In this document: one piece after another, positions 39,675 through 52,065 of the stretch
Layout: each line of letters begins with the position of its first letter
How positions within the stretch are numbered: the first letter of the stretch is position 1
NCBI GenBank assembly: GCA_951406725.2
Contig: OX597843.1
Location: forward strand, 19,344,001-19,408,000
DNA from: Octopus vulgaris
Taxonomy: Eukaryota
Direction: 5' to 3'
Length of the DNA: 64,000 bases
The notes under the pieces: model-generated
Told to the model about the DNA's origin: nothing
The model's input: only the letters and a program-made list of their open reading frames with translations
The model's database searches: none
Translations under genes and position numbers: made by a program

Positions 39675-40150
39675 CTCTTAAACTCTTTCTTCTTCCTCCT
39701 CCTCCTCCTCCTCTTCTCTCCTTTCATTTTTTCCTTCTGCCAGCTCTCCTCCTCCTTTTCTTCTTTCCCCTCAGCCTTTTTCTCTCTTCCTCCCTCCTCT
39801 TCCACTCCCTTCCCTCTTCTCTCTCCTCACCCTTCTTCCTTCATCACTCTCCTCCTCCCCTCAGCCTTTTTCTCTCTTCCTCCCTCCTCTTCCACTCCCT
39901 TCCCTCTTCTCCTCTCTCCTCACCCTTCCCCCTCAGCCTTTTTCTCTCTTCCTCCCTCCTCTTCCACTCCCTTCCCTCTTCTCTCTCCTCACCCTTCTTC
40001 CTTCATCACTCTCCTCCTCCCCTCAGCCTTTTTCTCTCTTCCTCCCTCCTCTTCCACTCCCTTCCCTCTTCTCTCTCCTCATCCTTCTTCCTTCATCACT
40101 CTCCTTCCCCCTCAGCCTTCTCCTCCTCTTTCATCTTCGTCATTTGTCTC
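39675..40150. repeat. Polypyrimidine minisatellite filling AFG3L2 intron 2
   Basis: Repeated ccctcagcctttttctctcttcctccctcctcttccactcccttccctcttctc units. Confidence 0.85.
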
Positions 40151-40187
40151 TCTCTCTCACCATTGTTATTTTCTTCCCCACCACCAG

Positions 40188-40275
40188 AAACCCGCAAGAT
40201 GCCTCCCCCACCATTCAAACCATCCGGAAGCTCAGCAGGCGACAAAAAGATGGAGTTCTCATTCAGTTTCAGCAA
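40188..40275 (+). CDS. AFG3L2: AFG3L2-like exon 3
   Basis: ccaccag acceptor, gtaagt donor; phase 1 to 2 links both neighbours; ETRKMPPPPFKPSGSSAGDKKMEFSFSFS. Confidence 0.75.
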
Positions 40276-40374
40276 GTAAGTCCCTTGTTGACATTTAACA
40301 TCAAATTTATTTTCACCAGTGGTGGTCATTAGTCTTGATTGTCACCATCACCTCACACACATTTTAGGTATTTA

Positions 40375-41545
40375 TTTCTTCTAACTGTGGCCATCCTGTC
40401 TTTCATACAGGCATAGTGTATCTAGGACTCTATTATCTAATGTGTCTTTCCTTATTGTTTAGCCCCAGGTCAGTCTTGATCCAGACTTATATGATTGAAG
40501 ATGTTCCAGCTGTGGCCATCCAGTCTTTCATTCAGGCATAGTGTATCTAGGACTGCATTATCTGTGTCTTTCCTTGTTAGACTTGTTTAGCCCCCAGGTC
40601 AGCCCTGATCCAATAGACCTATGGCCAAAGATGTTCCAGCTGTGACCATCCTGTCTTTTATTCTGACATAGCGTATCTAGGACTACATTATCTAATGTGT
40701 CTTTTACAATCTCTCGAACAAGCCTCAAATTGTGTAGGTCTTTACCTCAATGAGGCCAAGACTGAATACATAAACAAGTGTCTGTCCAACAGTGATTGCA
40801 TCATCCATACTCTCAACAATGTGCCCTTAAATATGGTTTCTGATTACAAATATCTTGGGTCATACATATCATCATCTGGAAAAGACTTTCTAACTAGAAA
40901 GGGTATGGCCTGGTCAGCCTGAAATGATATGCATAAGATCTGGTCATCAAATCTAAGTAGAGACTTCAAACTTGAAATCTTCAAAGCCACAGTCGAACCA
41001 ATTCTACTATATGGCTTAGAAACCTGGACGTTATCAAAGAAGCTTGAGAGGCGGTTGGATGGAACCTACACCCGCCTCCTTATGAGAGCTCAAAATCTCT
41101 CGTGGAAGCGTCATCCAACCAAAATGCAAATATATGGGAAACTACCACCTGTGTCATCTCTTGTGAAAGGTAGGAGAGTCCAGTTTGCTGGACATTGTTG
41201 TAGAGCTGAAAACGAGGCAATTTCTACTCTTCTCCTCTGGAAGCCATCTGCTCGCGATACAGAGGGCGCACACTCTCCTACCCTGATGTAATCTCCAGGG
41301 ATACAGGCATCCAGCAACAGGACCTCCGTAATACCATGATGGACCGTGAAGTCTGGCGTAGAATGGTAAATTCCATTGTCTCGACCACGGTCGAACAATA
41401 ATGATGAATGTGTCCTTCCTCATTGTTTAGCCCCAGGTCAGTGTTTATCCAGTAGAACTGTAATTAAGGGTGTTCCAGCTGTGACCATCCTGTCTTTTAT
41501 TCAGACATAATGCATCTAGGACTACATTATCTAATGTGTCCTTTG
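40375..41545. repeat. ~115-bp tandem repeat (3 units plus 1 after the LINE insertion)
   Basis: gtttagccccaggtcag..gatgttccagctgtg(g/a)ccatcc..gtatctaggact..attatctaatgtgtc; dispersed relatives at ~1170-1305 (-) and 60355-60540. Confidence 0.8.
40704..41406 (+). mobile_element. LINE (RTE-like) 3' fragment inserted in a ~115-bp tandem repeat
   Basis: GLYLNEAKTEY, YKYLGSYI, ILLYGLETW, FAGHC; (ATG)n tail; flanked by the probable TSD aatgtgtc(t/c)t. Confidence 0.85.
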
Positions 41546-43351
41546 TTTTGAGCTCAGAACATAAAGAAACTGCAAGAAACGTCACAAAACATTTTCTCTG
41601 GTGTATTAACTAATCTGCCCTCTTGCCATCTTTAACCCTTCAGTCAAGATATCCGGCCAAGGTAATTTCCTTGTTTTATGTTCAAAATGACCAGATCTGA
41701 CTTCTCACACCTACCCTACAATGTCATTCTGAAAATGCAGCAATCACATTATCAAAATCTGAAAGCTACAAATTAATGCCTAATTAATTTAAAACTGTGA
41801 ACGAGGGAGCATAACATTTAATCTGATTGCTAAAGGATTAATAAAGATAGTTTCTAATCTTTGGTGTAAATCCAGCAATTTCTGCTGGAGAGTGGGGTGG
41901 AGTGGTGAGTCATTTACATCAACCCTAGAGCTTGTGTTTTATATATCATGAACCAGGTGGCTGTGCCAGGCTCCACTCTGCCAGATCAGATTGCAGCCAT
42001 CTGGTTCGCCAGTCCTCAGTCGAATCGTCCAACCCATGCTAGCATGGAAAGCAGACGTTAAACGATGATGAAGATTGACTTTGGTGAGATTTGAGCTTAA
42101 AATGTAAAGAGCTGGGTTATATGTTGCAAAGCAATCTTTGCAGTGCTCTAACAATTCTGCCAGCTTCCCACTTGAATATTCTGCTCAATACCACAGGTTT
42201 GCTTGTCACTTGCTTCACCATAACCCTTTGAGCATGTTCCTTAGTCATTGATGATATGTGCATCCCTGATGACAAATGCCCCGATGCAGTACCCAGGCAG
42301 TGGCTCTCGTGGCCTCTGAGCTTAACGGATTGGAAGTGTTATCATGTGTGTTGAATTGTCTTGGTATAAAAAGATTGGCTACAGCAAATATTCTACTGAA
42401 TATCACAGATTTGCTCTAACCAGTTAAGCATATCCTTTGGTGACTGACGATATGTGCATCTCTGATCACGAGCAGAGGTTGTCAGGGAGCATCATAGCCA
42501 TGTGTTGCAAGGAATTCTTTGGGGTTTGAATAATTCACATCTGGAAACATGGGTGTTTCGTTCAACATCCTTCAACAAGCCTTATTCAGGGACCTTTTGA
42601 GCAGGTTGGGCTACTTTACCTGAAAAGAATTCTAACTAGGTCCCACCTGCAAGGTCATGTGCTGTTTATCTTGGTACGAGACACCATGTTTGTATATTTG
42701 TACTCCAGCATCACTTTGATGGCATGCAGTGCTCCCTCTCTCTCAATAATAATAATAATAATTCTTAGTAATTATTGGCACAAGGCCAATAACTTGAGAA
42801 GAACAGAAGTGAATTACATCAACCCCAGTATTTGACTGGTACTTCATTGACCCCGAAAGAATGAAAGGCAAAGTCAGCCTCAGAATTTAAACCTCAGAAT
42901 GTGAAGAATTACAAGGAATGTAAAAAGCATTTTGTTTGACGCACTCAAAATTTTACCTTGATAATAGTAAAATATCCATTATACAAAAGGCACAAAACCA
43001 GAAATGTTTTGTGGAGGAGTGTAGGGGATGATATTGACCCTAGCCCTCAGCTGGTATTTAGACAAAGTTGATTCCAGAGGGTTTTGAACCCAGAACATGA
43101 AGATGGACAAAATACTTTGCAGTATTTTGTAAAGTGTGCTAAGCTTATCCCCTTAATGATAATAATAACGGTTTCAAATTTTGGGGAAAGGGTTAAGTCA
43201 GTTATATTGACCCCAGTACTCAACTGATACTTATTTTCTTGACCCCCAAGGGGATGAAAGGCAAAGTTGACCTCACCAGAATTTGAACTCAAAACATAAA
43301 TTCAAACGAAATGCCTCAAAGTATTTTGCACATCATGCTAATTGTTTTGTC

Positions 43352-43384
<33 letters not shown>

Positions 43385-43388
<4 letters not shown>

Positions 43389-43743
43389 CAAGAGCACTCA
43401 GAGAGCACAAACCTCTGCCATGGCAACACCACAATTAGCCAGAGATTTTTTTTTTTTCAAATGAGAATATCTGAAATAAACACAATTACCCTCTCAAACA
43501 AGAATACTCAAAATGAACCCAACTGCTCTCAAAAATTAAGAAAAACTGGTAAAAATAATCCAAAATCTTTGTCCGGTACCGGATTGATCCCAAAATCTAA
43601 TCAGTTTGTGCCAGTCACAAGGCCAAACATCCCTGACAGTTTCATCTGAATCCATCCAGCAGTTCTTGAGATATCTTGTTTACAGACAAACAAACTAACA
43701 ACTAAAAACAATATTTTCACCTTAGCAAAGGCGGAGGTAATAA
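43385..43743 (+). mobile_element. Helentron-associated (HINE-like) element
   Basis: acaagagcactcagagagc..acctctgcc start and ..ggcggaggtaataa end (short subterminal inverted repeat); acagacaaacaaac tract. Confidence 0.55.
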
Positions 43744-43960
43744 AAGTTTCGAATTTTGCCACATGGCCTGGAATTTCGGGATGAGGGGTATAAGTTAATT
43801 ACATTAGTCCCAGTGCGTAACTGGTACTTAATTCATCAACCCCAGAAGGATGAAAGGCAAAGTCAACCTCGGTGGAACTTGAACTCAGAACACAAAGATG
43901 GATAAAATGCTGCTAACGATTTTGCCATCTTGCTGCCTTGAGAATTTATGAGGTCTCATC

Positions 43961-43992
<32 letters not shown>

Positions 43993-44326
43993 GGCCTGCA
44001 ATTTGGTGGGAGGGGACTAGTTGATTACATTGATCCCAGTATTTCACTGGTGCTTAATTTATTGACCCCGAACGGATGAAAGGCAAAGTCGACCTTGGCA
44101 GAATTTGAACTCGGAACATGGCTGAGCATTTTGCCCGGTGTGCTAATAATTCTGTCCGTTCACTTCCATAGAGATAATGATAAGAATACTACTACTAATA
44201 ATACTACTACTAATAATAATAATAATTTATGGACCCCAATTTCAAGAGAAGAACATTTTTTGAATACATCGACTTTGGTACTTGACTGGTTCTTTATTTC
44301 AGTCGTGGATTTAGATCTCTGCTAAT

Positions 44327-44461
<135 letters not shown>

Positions 44462-44511
44462 GTTTTGTCTTCTTTACTAATTAATGTTTTCCACACTTCT
44501 CTGTTTTCCAG

Positions 44512-44674
44512 AAGCAATCGTGGCCCCTTTATGGATCCCAATGACCCCAACAGTCGTATCCTCCTCGGAGTACTCACTGGTGTTGGTCTAGTCAGTTTGG
44601 TCGGTCTCTACCAAACCCAGTATCGGGAGATTACATGGAAGGAATTCCTCTCAAACTATTTAACACGCCAAACG
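44512..44674 (+). CDS. AFG3L2: AFG3L2-like exon 4 (TM1)
   Basis: ttccag acceptor, gtgagt donor; hydrophobic TM segment followed by YREITWKEFLSNYL (conserved FtsH-ext/AFG3L2 motif). Confidence 0.92.
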
Positions 44675-46455
44675 GTGAGTGGAGCAAACGAGTGGGTGGG
44701 TTCTTTGCCTTTGATTGTTTTTAATGTTTTCTTTTAATATAAAACTTCATTATATACAATAGGGTGCAATATTAGATTAAAGCAGCAATCTGTGTATCAA
44801 ATTTAATGTAAATCATCATCCTCATCAGCATTTAACATACGTTCTCCATGCTGGCATAGGTTTTGACAGTTTGACTGGTGGTGGCCAGCTGGAGAGCTGC
44901 TTGGGCTCCATCTGTCTATTTTGGCCTGGTTTTTGTGGCTGGATGCCCAACACCAACCAATTTACAGAGTGTACAGGGTGCTTTGATGGGCACTGGCTCC
45001 CACAAACCCACAAGACTAGAATGTCTCAGCCAAGAAAGGGATATCTGACTGGTTTTTAATTTTACCATCATTTTACGTCTGCTTTCCATGCTGGCATGGG
45101 TTGGAGGAATTGTCACAGACTGAATCACCTCCCCCGTTGGGCATCCCAGAGGCTGGTGCTTTCCTATGTCATTTGGCTTGGTGTCTGAGTCTGGATGTAG
45201 TGCTTTGCTCGTGGACCCAGTATGCTGCCTGGACCAGGAACTGAACCCACAACTTCTTTTGATCACACGGCCAAGACCAGCACCCCACCCCACTAGCCAC
45301 TGAGCCCTATGTCTTCATTCCTCTCACTGTTGGAATAACTTAGACAACTGCCATAAACTACTTTATCCCTGGTCAGTAACTGACCACCTGTGAATCTATA
45401 TTGCAGGTGAGCATTACACACACATCTTTGATCAGTTTTCTTACCTGTTCACTCCCCAATGTACCAAAACCAGTGACTTGAACTCTTTGTATTTCTTCTC
45501 TCAGCCTGTTCCATCAGTGAGACAACAGCCACTCACCATCATCATCATCATCACCATTAGAAAACAGCAGAATCCTGGTTTAAAACACCCCCATATAACA
45601 ACTCATAACTTTTTTTATTTTTTGAAATTTTCAGAAAATTTTTTGAAAATTTGTGTTCTACCCACAGGAATTTGTAGACTTTTCTCAAAACCTTCCTCCC
45701 TACTCATAAATCCTAAAATGTTCATTCTTTGTTGAAATCAGTTTAAACTAATCTGATAATCTGACTTTTTTGCATGAATCACAGTAATGGATCATTGTTT
45801 TATTTAATGGGGAGAAAAATATTGAAAAACATCGATACATGTCAGTCACAAAGAAACGATGAAGGTACCAGGTAGTCGTGGGATGTGCTAAAAGCAACAG
45901 CTAAATTGCCCTTAAATCCTATAAAAAAATTTTTCTTTTTTTCATAATTGTATGAATTAACATGTGTGAAACACAAATTCATAAAAGTTTTCTGAAACTT
46001 CCAAAAATTAAAAAAAAAGCTACATGGGGGTGGTTATATGGGGTGGATTCTGCCAAAAGAATCCCTTACTTTGGGAACAGGTGTAGGTTGGTGATAAAAA
46101 AGGCATTCAGTTACCTCCTGTCTAAACCATGCGACCTTGGAAAAGCATAAAAGATGAACAATTTTCTTACATTCTCTCATCTGACATTTACCACCCACCA
46201 TTTAGATATTTGTGTGTGTTACAGTGCCCCCTATGTGAAATAGCTTTGCAAATTTAATGATAACACAACCCCCTCCTACACATAAGACATTTGTATGGAC
46301 AAGTGCCCTCTTTGTTAAATTAATAAAGATTAGGACTTGTATAATGAAATCCTATTGAACCTTGCTGTAATCATTGGTCATGTTTTCTCCTCCTTCACAA
46401 CCCTGACCCTCCTACGCACAACACATGGTTTAGTGCCTTCTATAATGAAACTATA

Positions 46456-46686
46456 GGCGGTGAGCTGGCAGAAACGTTAGCATGCCGGGCGAAATGCGTA
46501 GCCGTATTTCGTCCGCCGTTACGTTGTGAGTTCAAATTCCGCTGAGGTCGACTTTGCCTTTCATCCTTTCGGGGTCGAAAAATAAAGTACCAGTTATGCA
46601 CTGGGGTCGATGTAATCGACTTAATCCCTTTGTCTGTCCTTGTTTGTCCCCTCTATGTTTAGCCCCTTGTGGGCAGTAAAGAAATA
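46456..46686 (+). mobile_element. SINE family C, full length, with a perfect 15-bp TSD
   Basis: tataatgaaactata at 46441-46455 and 46687-46701; tRNA-like head (gagctggcagaa; gttcaaattcc). Many degenerate copies, e.g. ~2600-2800, 6580-6770, 34740-34930, 42780-44160, 57283-57930, and 59568-60192 (split by SINE A). Confidence 0.88.
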
Positions 46687-46870
46687 TATAATGAAACTAT
46701 ATCAGACCTTGCTTCCTTCATCATCATCATCATTTAACGTCCATCTTCCCTGAGTCATATTTTATACTCTTTGCTATGATAATCCCCTCCTATACATCAT
46801 ATTAGACATTTGTTTGGACTTTTCTCCTACTTTAATATTCATCTTTTGTTCTTGTTTCCTTCTCTGCCAG

Positions 46871-46945
46871 GTTGAGAAACTAGAAGTAGTAAACAAGAAG
46901 TGGGTTCGAGTGAAGCTGATGCCAGGTTCACAAGTGGACAGTTCT
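46871..46945 (+). CDS. AFG3L2: AFG3L2-like exon 5
   Basis: tgccag acceptor, gtaagt donor; VEKLEVVNKKWVRVKL is conserved. Confidence 0.92.
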
Positions 46946-46959
46946 GTAAGTAGGAAGAT

Positions 46960-46999
<40 letters not shown>

Positions 47000-47359
47000 C
47001 AAAACAGGAGATTGAAAAAAAAATAGGTGTTTGTATTTACTCACCATTACACGTGTTTCATTTGCTAATAGGAATTACAAAATTGAACGTGTAAGACATT
47101 TCTGATTAAAAATTCTTCAGACAGAATTTCTGATAGATATCTTACTCGTTTCTTCTACATGTACAATTTTGTAATTCCTTGCAAATGGAACATGTGTAAT
47201 TGTGAGAAAATAATACTAAAGCTTTTTTTCCACTCTCTTGTTTTCATATAAAATTACTCTGCAAATGGTATTTCTCTGTATTTTTTAACTCTTATGCATA
47301 CCTCACAAATATACCATACAGATTTGGAGTATGTAGATAGGGTAACCCTATCTACATAC

Positions 47360-47419
<60 letters not shown>

Positions 47420-47770
47420 TCTCGGGTTGAGTCGGGGTTAACCACAGTAAATAAGGTACTCAATACATAGCAGAGTAAATTAAATTATTTTATAGAAGGA
47501 GCTTCTACAGGACTAGAACTGTTTCATTCATATCAAGATTTGAATGAAACAGTTCTAGTCCTGTAGAAACTCCCTCTATAAAATAAAAAAATATATATAT
47601 ATATATATATATATATACCGGAGTAAACACATAAATGTGAAACAAGGTGGAAAAAGAGTACTCAAATACCAGTGGTAGAGTAATATGCTTTATTTTAAGC
47701 AGCAGAAAATTCAACAAAATCTGTTACTCTGAGTTTCTCGTTGCCGTTCATCAGACAGTTTTTGCTAAAA

Positions 47771-47808
47771 CTGTCTGATGAACGGCAACGAGAAACTCAG
47801 AGTAACAG
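47771..47808 (+). ncRNA. Minimal type-I hammerhead motif within a 75-bp perfect hairpin
   Basis: cugu-CUGAUGA-acggcaacga-GAAA-cucagag-UA-acag; near-palindromic stem III, GUA site at 47802-47804. Confidence 0.6.
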
Positions 47809-47840
47809 ATTTTGTTGAATTTTCTGCTGCTTAAAATAAA

Positions 47841-47889
<49 letters not shown>

Positions 47890-47896
<7 letters not shown>

Positions 47897-48131
47897 GGTG
47901 CATAATTATTGCAGCATTTTTTCAACAAATTTTATTCAACAAAAACATGTAACCAAAACATCTTTAAATGATTGTTCCGGAGCAGATTCACAATTTACTC
48001 CAATTACTGCTTCCAATTTGCTTGGCTGACGGTCAGACTATCGTTTAAAGATGTTTTTGTTAAATATTGTTATTGTTTTTGTTGAATAAAATTTGTTGAA
48101 AAAAAGCTGCAATAATTCTGCCCCAACCCAA
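47890..48131. mobile_element. Mariner-like MITE with long TIRs
   Basis: ttggattggtgcataattattgcagc..aaattttattcaacaaaaac vs gtttttgttgaataaaattt..gctgcaataattctgccccaacccaa; left end in a TA tract. Confidence 0.75.
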
Positions 48132-48234
48132 TCTGTCGTCCTTCCTTCCTTTCTCAAAACATTCAGCTGTGATTTAAGTGGGGTTAAACACCTATGCTTC
48201 CCCTTCTATTACTGTTGTTGTTGTTATGTTGCAG

Positions 48235-48359
48235 AGTATCATATGGTTCAACATCGGCAGTGTGGAGGCTTTTGAACGGAACCTAGAGAATGCCCAACTC
48301 GAGATGAACATTGAACCAGCAAACTTTGTTAATGTAGTTTATAGAAGCGAGACAGAGCT
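48235..48359 (+). CDS. AFG3L2: AFG3L2-like exon 6
   Basis: ttgcag acceptor, gtgagt donor; WFNIGSVEAFERNLENAQLEMNIEP is a hallmark AFG3L2 motif. Confidence 0.95.
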
Positions 48360-49619
48360 GTGAGTTATCTGCCCCTGATTCCGGGGCAACTTCTATTTTT
48401 TCACGAATTTTTTCCCCTCCCCCTCTTCCTCCATGCACAATTTCCAGACAACCCCTACTTCTGTAATATCTTTGTTACCAAAGACACGCAGTGGGGGGGG
48501 GGGGAGAAAAAAAACTTCATTTTCATCAAATCTTCATCATTTGTCATTTAATTTCAAATTTTGGCACAAGGCCAGCAATTTCAGGGCAGTGCGTAAGTTG
48601 ATTACATCGATCCCCAGAACTCAGCTGCTACTTACTTTTTCAACCCTGAAAGGACAAAACGCTAAGTTGACCTCTGTGAAATTTGAACTGGGAACAGACG
48701 GATGAAATGGGGCCAGGCATTTCACTCTGTCTGCTAACAATTCTGCCGGCTCACTGCCCTTTGGTCATCGTCATTTAACGTTCGACCCTTCCTAATGCCA
48801 ACCACTCCATAGAGTATACTGGGTGCTTCTTATGTGGCACAAGCACCAGTATCAAGTCTGCTTTGGTGGACGGGTCAAGACTGTAAAAATTTTTCAACAT
48901 CAGTTGCCAGCTCTGTCTGGCCCCCGTGTTGGTGGCACGTAAAAGCACCATCCGTTCGTGTCCGTTGCCAGCCTCGCCTGGCCCCCGTGCCGGTGACACG
49001 TAAAAGCACCATCCGTTTCGTGGCCGTTTGCCAGATCTGTCTGGCCCCGTGTTGGTGACACGTAAAAAGCACCATCCGTTCGTGGCCGTTTGCCAGCTCT
49101 GTCTGGCACCTGTGTGCAGGTGGCACGTAAAAAGCACCCACTACACTCACGGAGTGGTTGGCGTTAGGAAAGGCATCCAGCTGTAGAAACATCGCCAGAT
49201 AAGACTGGGCCTGATGAAGCCTTCCAGCTTCACAGACCCCAGTTGAACCGTCCAACCCATGCTAGCATGGAGAACGGACGTTAAACGATGATGATGATGA
49301 TGAGTAAGTACCAGGTTTAAAGATAAATACTGGGGAATTGATTCATTTCACTGAAGCCATTGAAGGCAGTGCCCCAGCATGGCCACAGTCTAAAATATCA
49401 GGTGACAGAATAAAATTCCCAATATACTGGAGAAGGGCAATGAGCTGTAGAAAGCATGTCAAATCAGACTGGAGTCTGGTGCAGCCTCCCAGCTTGCCAG
49501 CCCTGGTCAAACTGTCCAACCCATGCCTGCATGGACAATGGATGCTAAATGAGGATGATGATGATGATGATGATGGGGGCTAATACATCAAACATTGACG
49601 TTTCCCTCTTTAAATTCTA

Positions 49620-49960
49620 GCTGTGGTGCAGGGGACATGTGTTGCACATACCCGACACCAAACAGGTCTTTGGTGAACTAGCAATTAGCTGTCGGTCACC
49701 CGGTTGGCCAAAGGGGAGACACAAAGCCCCTCCCAAGACAACCTTGAACAGTCTGTTTGGGGACATCTTGATCTCTAAGGTGCAGAGCTGTGTATCCTGG
49801 AGGCAGAGAACTCCGCATCAGCTGTGGATGGAGAAGCTAAAGAAAGACCCCCATCGGCTCCTGGCTCTCTTGTTGGAACCACAGATTTCATGCCAAAATT
49901 GGCCCAATGAGCCACCAAGCCCCACAAACCATAAAGCAGATGTCCTGGTCATCTTCAGGG
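49620..49960 (+). mobile_element. Degenerate RTE-BovB-like fragment
   Basis: GHVLHIPDT-KQVFGEL..RSPGWPKGRHK resembles the RTE thumb region. Confidence 0.55.
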
Positions 49961-50345
49961 ATATGAAGGGCCAAAGTCTTTGGTATGTCTGTCTGTTTGT
50001 CACATTCCACCTACTTTCTCATCTTCTCCCTCTTTCTACTCCCATCCCTACCATATCCCCACTTCCCACTAATTTAACGACTTCCGCCATTAGCTCCCCT
50101 TCCTCATTAATTACGTACTACCACCACAACCATTACTGCTAATAGTAGTACTACTACTACTACTACTGTTACCACTACAACTAGAGCTACCACCATCATC
50201 ACTGCTTCTACTACTGTTAATGCAACTGTCACACACCCAACTACCACCTCAAATACAACAATGACTTCTACCACAACCATTATCACCAGTTTCACCATCA
50301 CCACCACTACTACTACTACACCTACTGCATTTTCCTCTCCTGCAG

Positions 50346-50433
50346 GTCATCTGTAGCCTACTCTGCCCTCAACATAATTCTGCCCATTGCAATATTGGTG
50401 TGGATTATCAGAAGATCTTCGAACTTACTTCAG
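50346..50433 (+). CDS. AFG3L2: AFG3L2-like exon 7 (TM2); missed by the ORF track
   Basis: ctgcag acceptor, gtaggt donor; phase 2 to 0; SSVAYSALNIILPIAILVWIIRRSSNLLQ fits the second TM helix. Confidence 0.85.
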
Positions 50434-50469
50434 GTAGGTAATCCTTCTGCTCTCCCCTCGTCACTAATT

Positions 50470-51580
50470 AACCCCTAATTAACCCTTAATTATTCGCATC
50501 GTTTTCAATTAATTCTGCATTATTATCTTGTGGCTTTTAGAGTTTGTTGAAGAAACTCTATTTTTAGAATGATGTTGTAGGGTTGGTTTAAGAGGCCAGA
50601 TCAGGCCATTTTTGACATAATACAGGGAGACTATTTTGGCTGGATTTGGCCAGATTACAGGCTAAAGAATTAAATTAATCCTGCATTATCTCGTAGCTTT
50701 CAAGTTTTGATGATACGGTTATTTTTAGAATGGCATTGTAGCGTAAGTATGAGAGGCTGGATAGGGTCAGTTTAAAAGCTAAAGGGTTAACTTTTCAGCT
50801 TTCGGATTATTCTGTCAATAGTAATCCTTATTTAACGTACATTATTTTGAATTAATCCTGCATTACCTCGTACCTTTGAGATTTTAAAGATATGATTGTA
50901 CATTTTTAGAATGAAATTGTAGGGAAGATAAGATCTGGCTAGTCTAAACCTAAAACATGTAAACTATTTGGGGTGGATATGGCTGGATTAAGTACTAAAG
51001 AGTTAATCCATTAGCATTTAGATTGCTGTATCAAATGTAATGCTTGTTCTTTTTTTCACTTTTAAATTAATCCTGCATTACCTCATATCTTTGAGATTTC
51101 GAAGATGAGGTCAGATCTGGCTAAATATTTTGGCTGGACATGGTCAGTTTAAATGCTAAGCAGTTAATCCTTTAGCCTTTAGATTGTTCTGTCAAAAGTA
51201 ATGTCTAATTCACATTGATTTGAATTAATCAGGCATTATCTCGTAGTTTTGAGATTTCGATAATGTAATTGTTTAGTTTTAGAATGACACTGTAGTGTAG
51301 GTGTGAGAGGCAGGATCTGGCCAGTTCTGAACATAAAACAGAATATTTGGGTTGGATATATCTTTTATCTTTTATCTTTTACTTGTTTCAGTCATTTGAC
51401 TGCTACCATGCTGGAGCACCGCCTTTAATCGAGCAACTCGACCCCGGGACTTATTCTTTGTAAGCCCAGTACTTATTTTATCGGTCTCTTTTGCCGAACC
51501 GCTAAGTGACGGGGACATAAACACACCAGCATCGGTTATCAAGCAATGCTAGGGGGACAAACACAGACACACACACACAT

Positions 51581-51639
<59 letters not shown>

Positions 51640-52065
51640 TACGACGGGCTTCTTTCAGTTTCCGTCTACCAAATCCACTCACAAGGCATTGGTCGGCCCG
51701 GGGCTATAGCAGAAGACACTTGCCCAAGATACCACGCAGTGGGACTGAACCCGGAACCATGTGGTTGGTTAGCAAGCTACTTACCACACAGCCACTCCTG
51801 CGCCTATGGTCAGATATGGTCAGATTAAAGGCTTAACCCATTAGCATACAGATTATCCTGTCAAATGCAATGCTTATTTGTATTGTTTTGAATTAATCCG
51901 GCATTATCCTCATAGCTTTGAGATTTCAATGATGTGATTGTTTATTTTCAGAATGACATTGTAGGATAGGTGTGAGAGATCAGATCTGACTGGTGTGAAC
52001 ATAAATCTTAAGGGAGCTTATTTTGGTTGGATATGGGGGCTGTTTTAAATACTAAAGGGTTTTCT
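50470..52065. mobile_element. Head-to-tail cluster of ~6-7 diverged TTAA-flanked (piggyBac-like) MITEs, one split by SINE A
   Basis: Repeated ttaacc(c)tttagca.. / ..tgctaaagggttaa ends with a shared body; reverse copy at ~41630-41845. Confidence 0.7.

Noticed and set aside
39518-40298. 253-aa and 221-aa S/L/P/F-rich ORFs
   Set aside because: Polypyrimidine intronic repeat; only 40188-40275 is supported as an exon.
42260-42290. CTGATGA in the 42170-42760 repeat
   Set aside because: No appropriately placed GAAA or stems; the region looks like a LINE 3' UTR with an (AAT)n tail.
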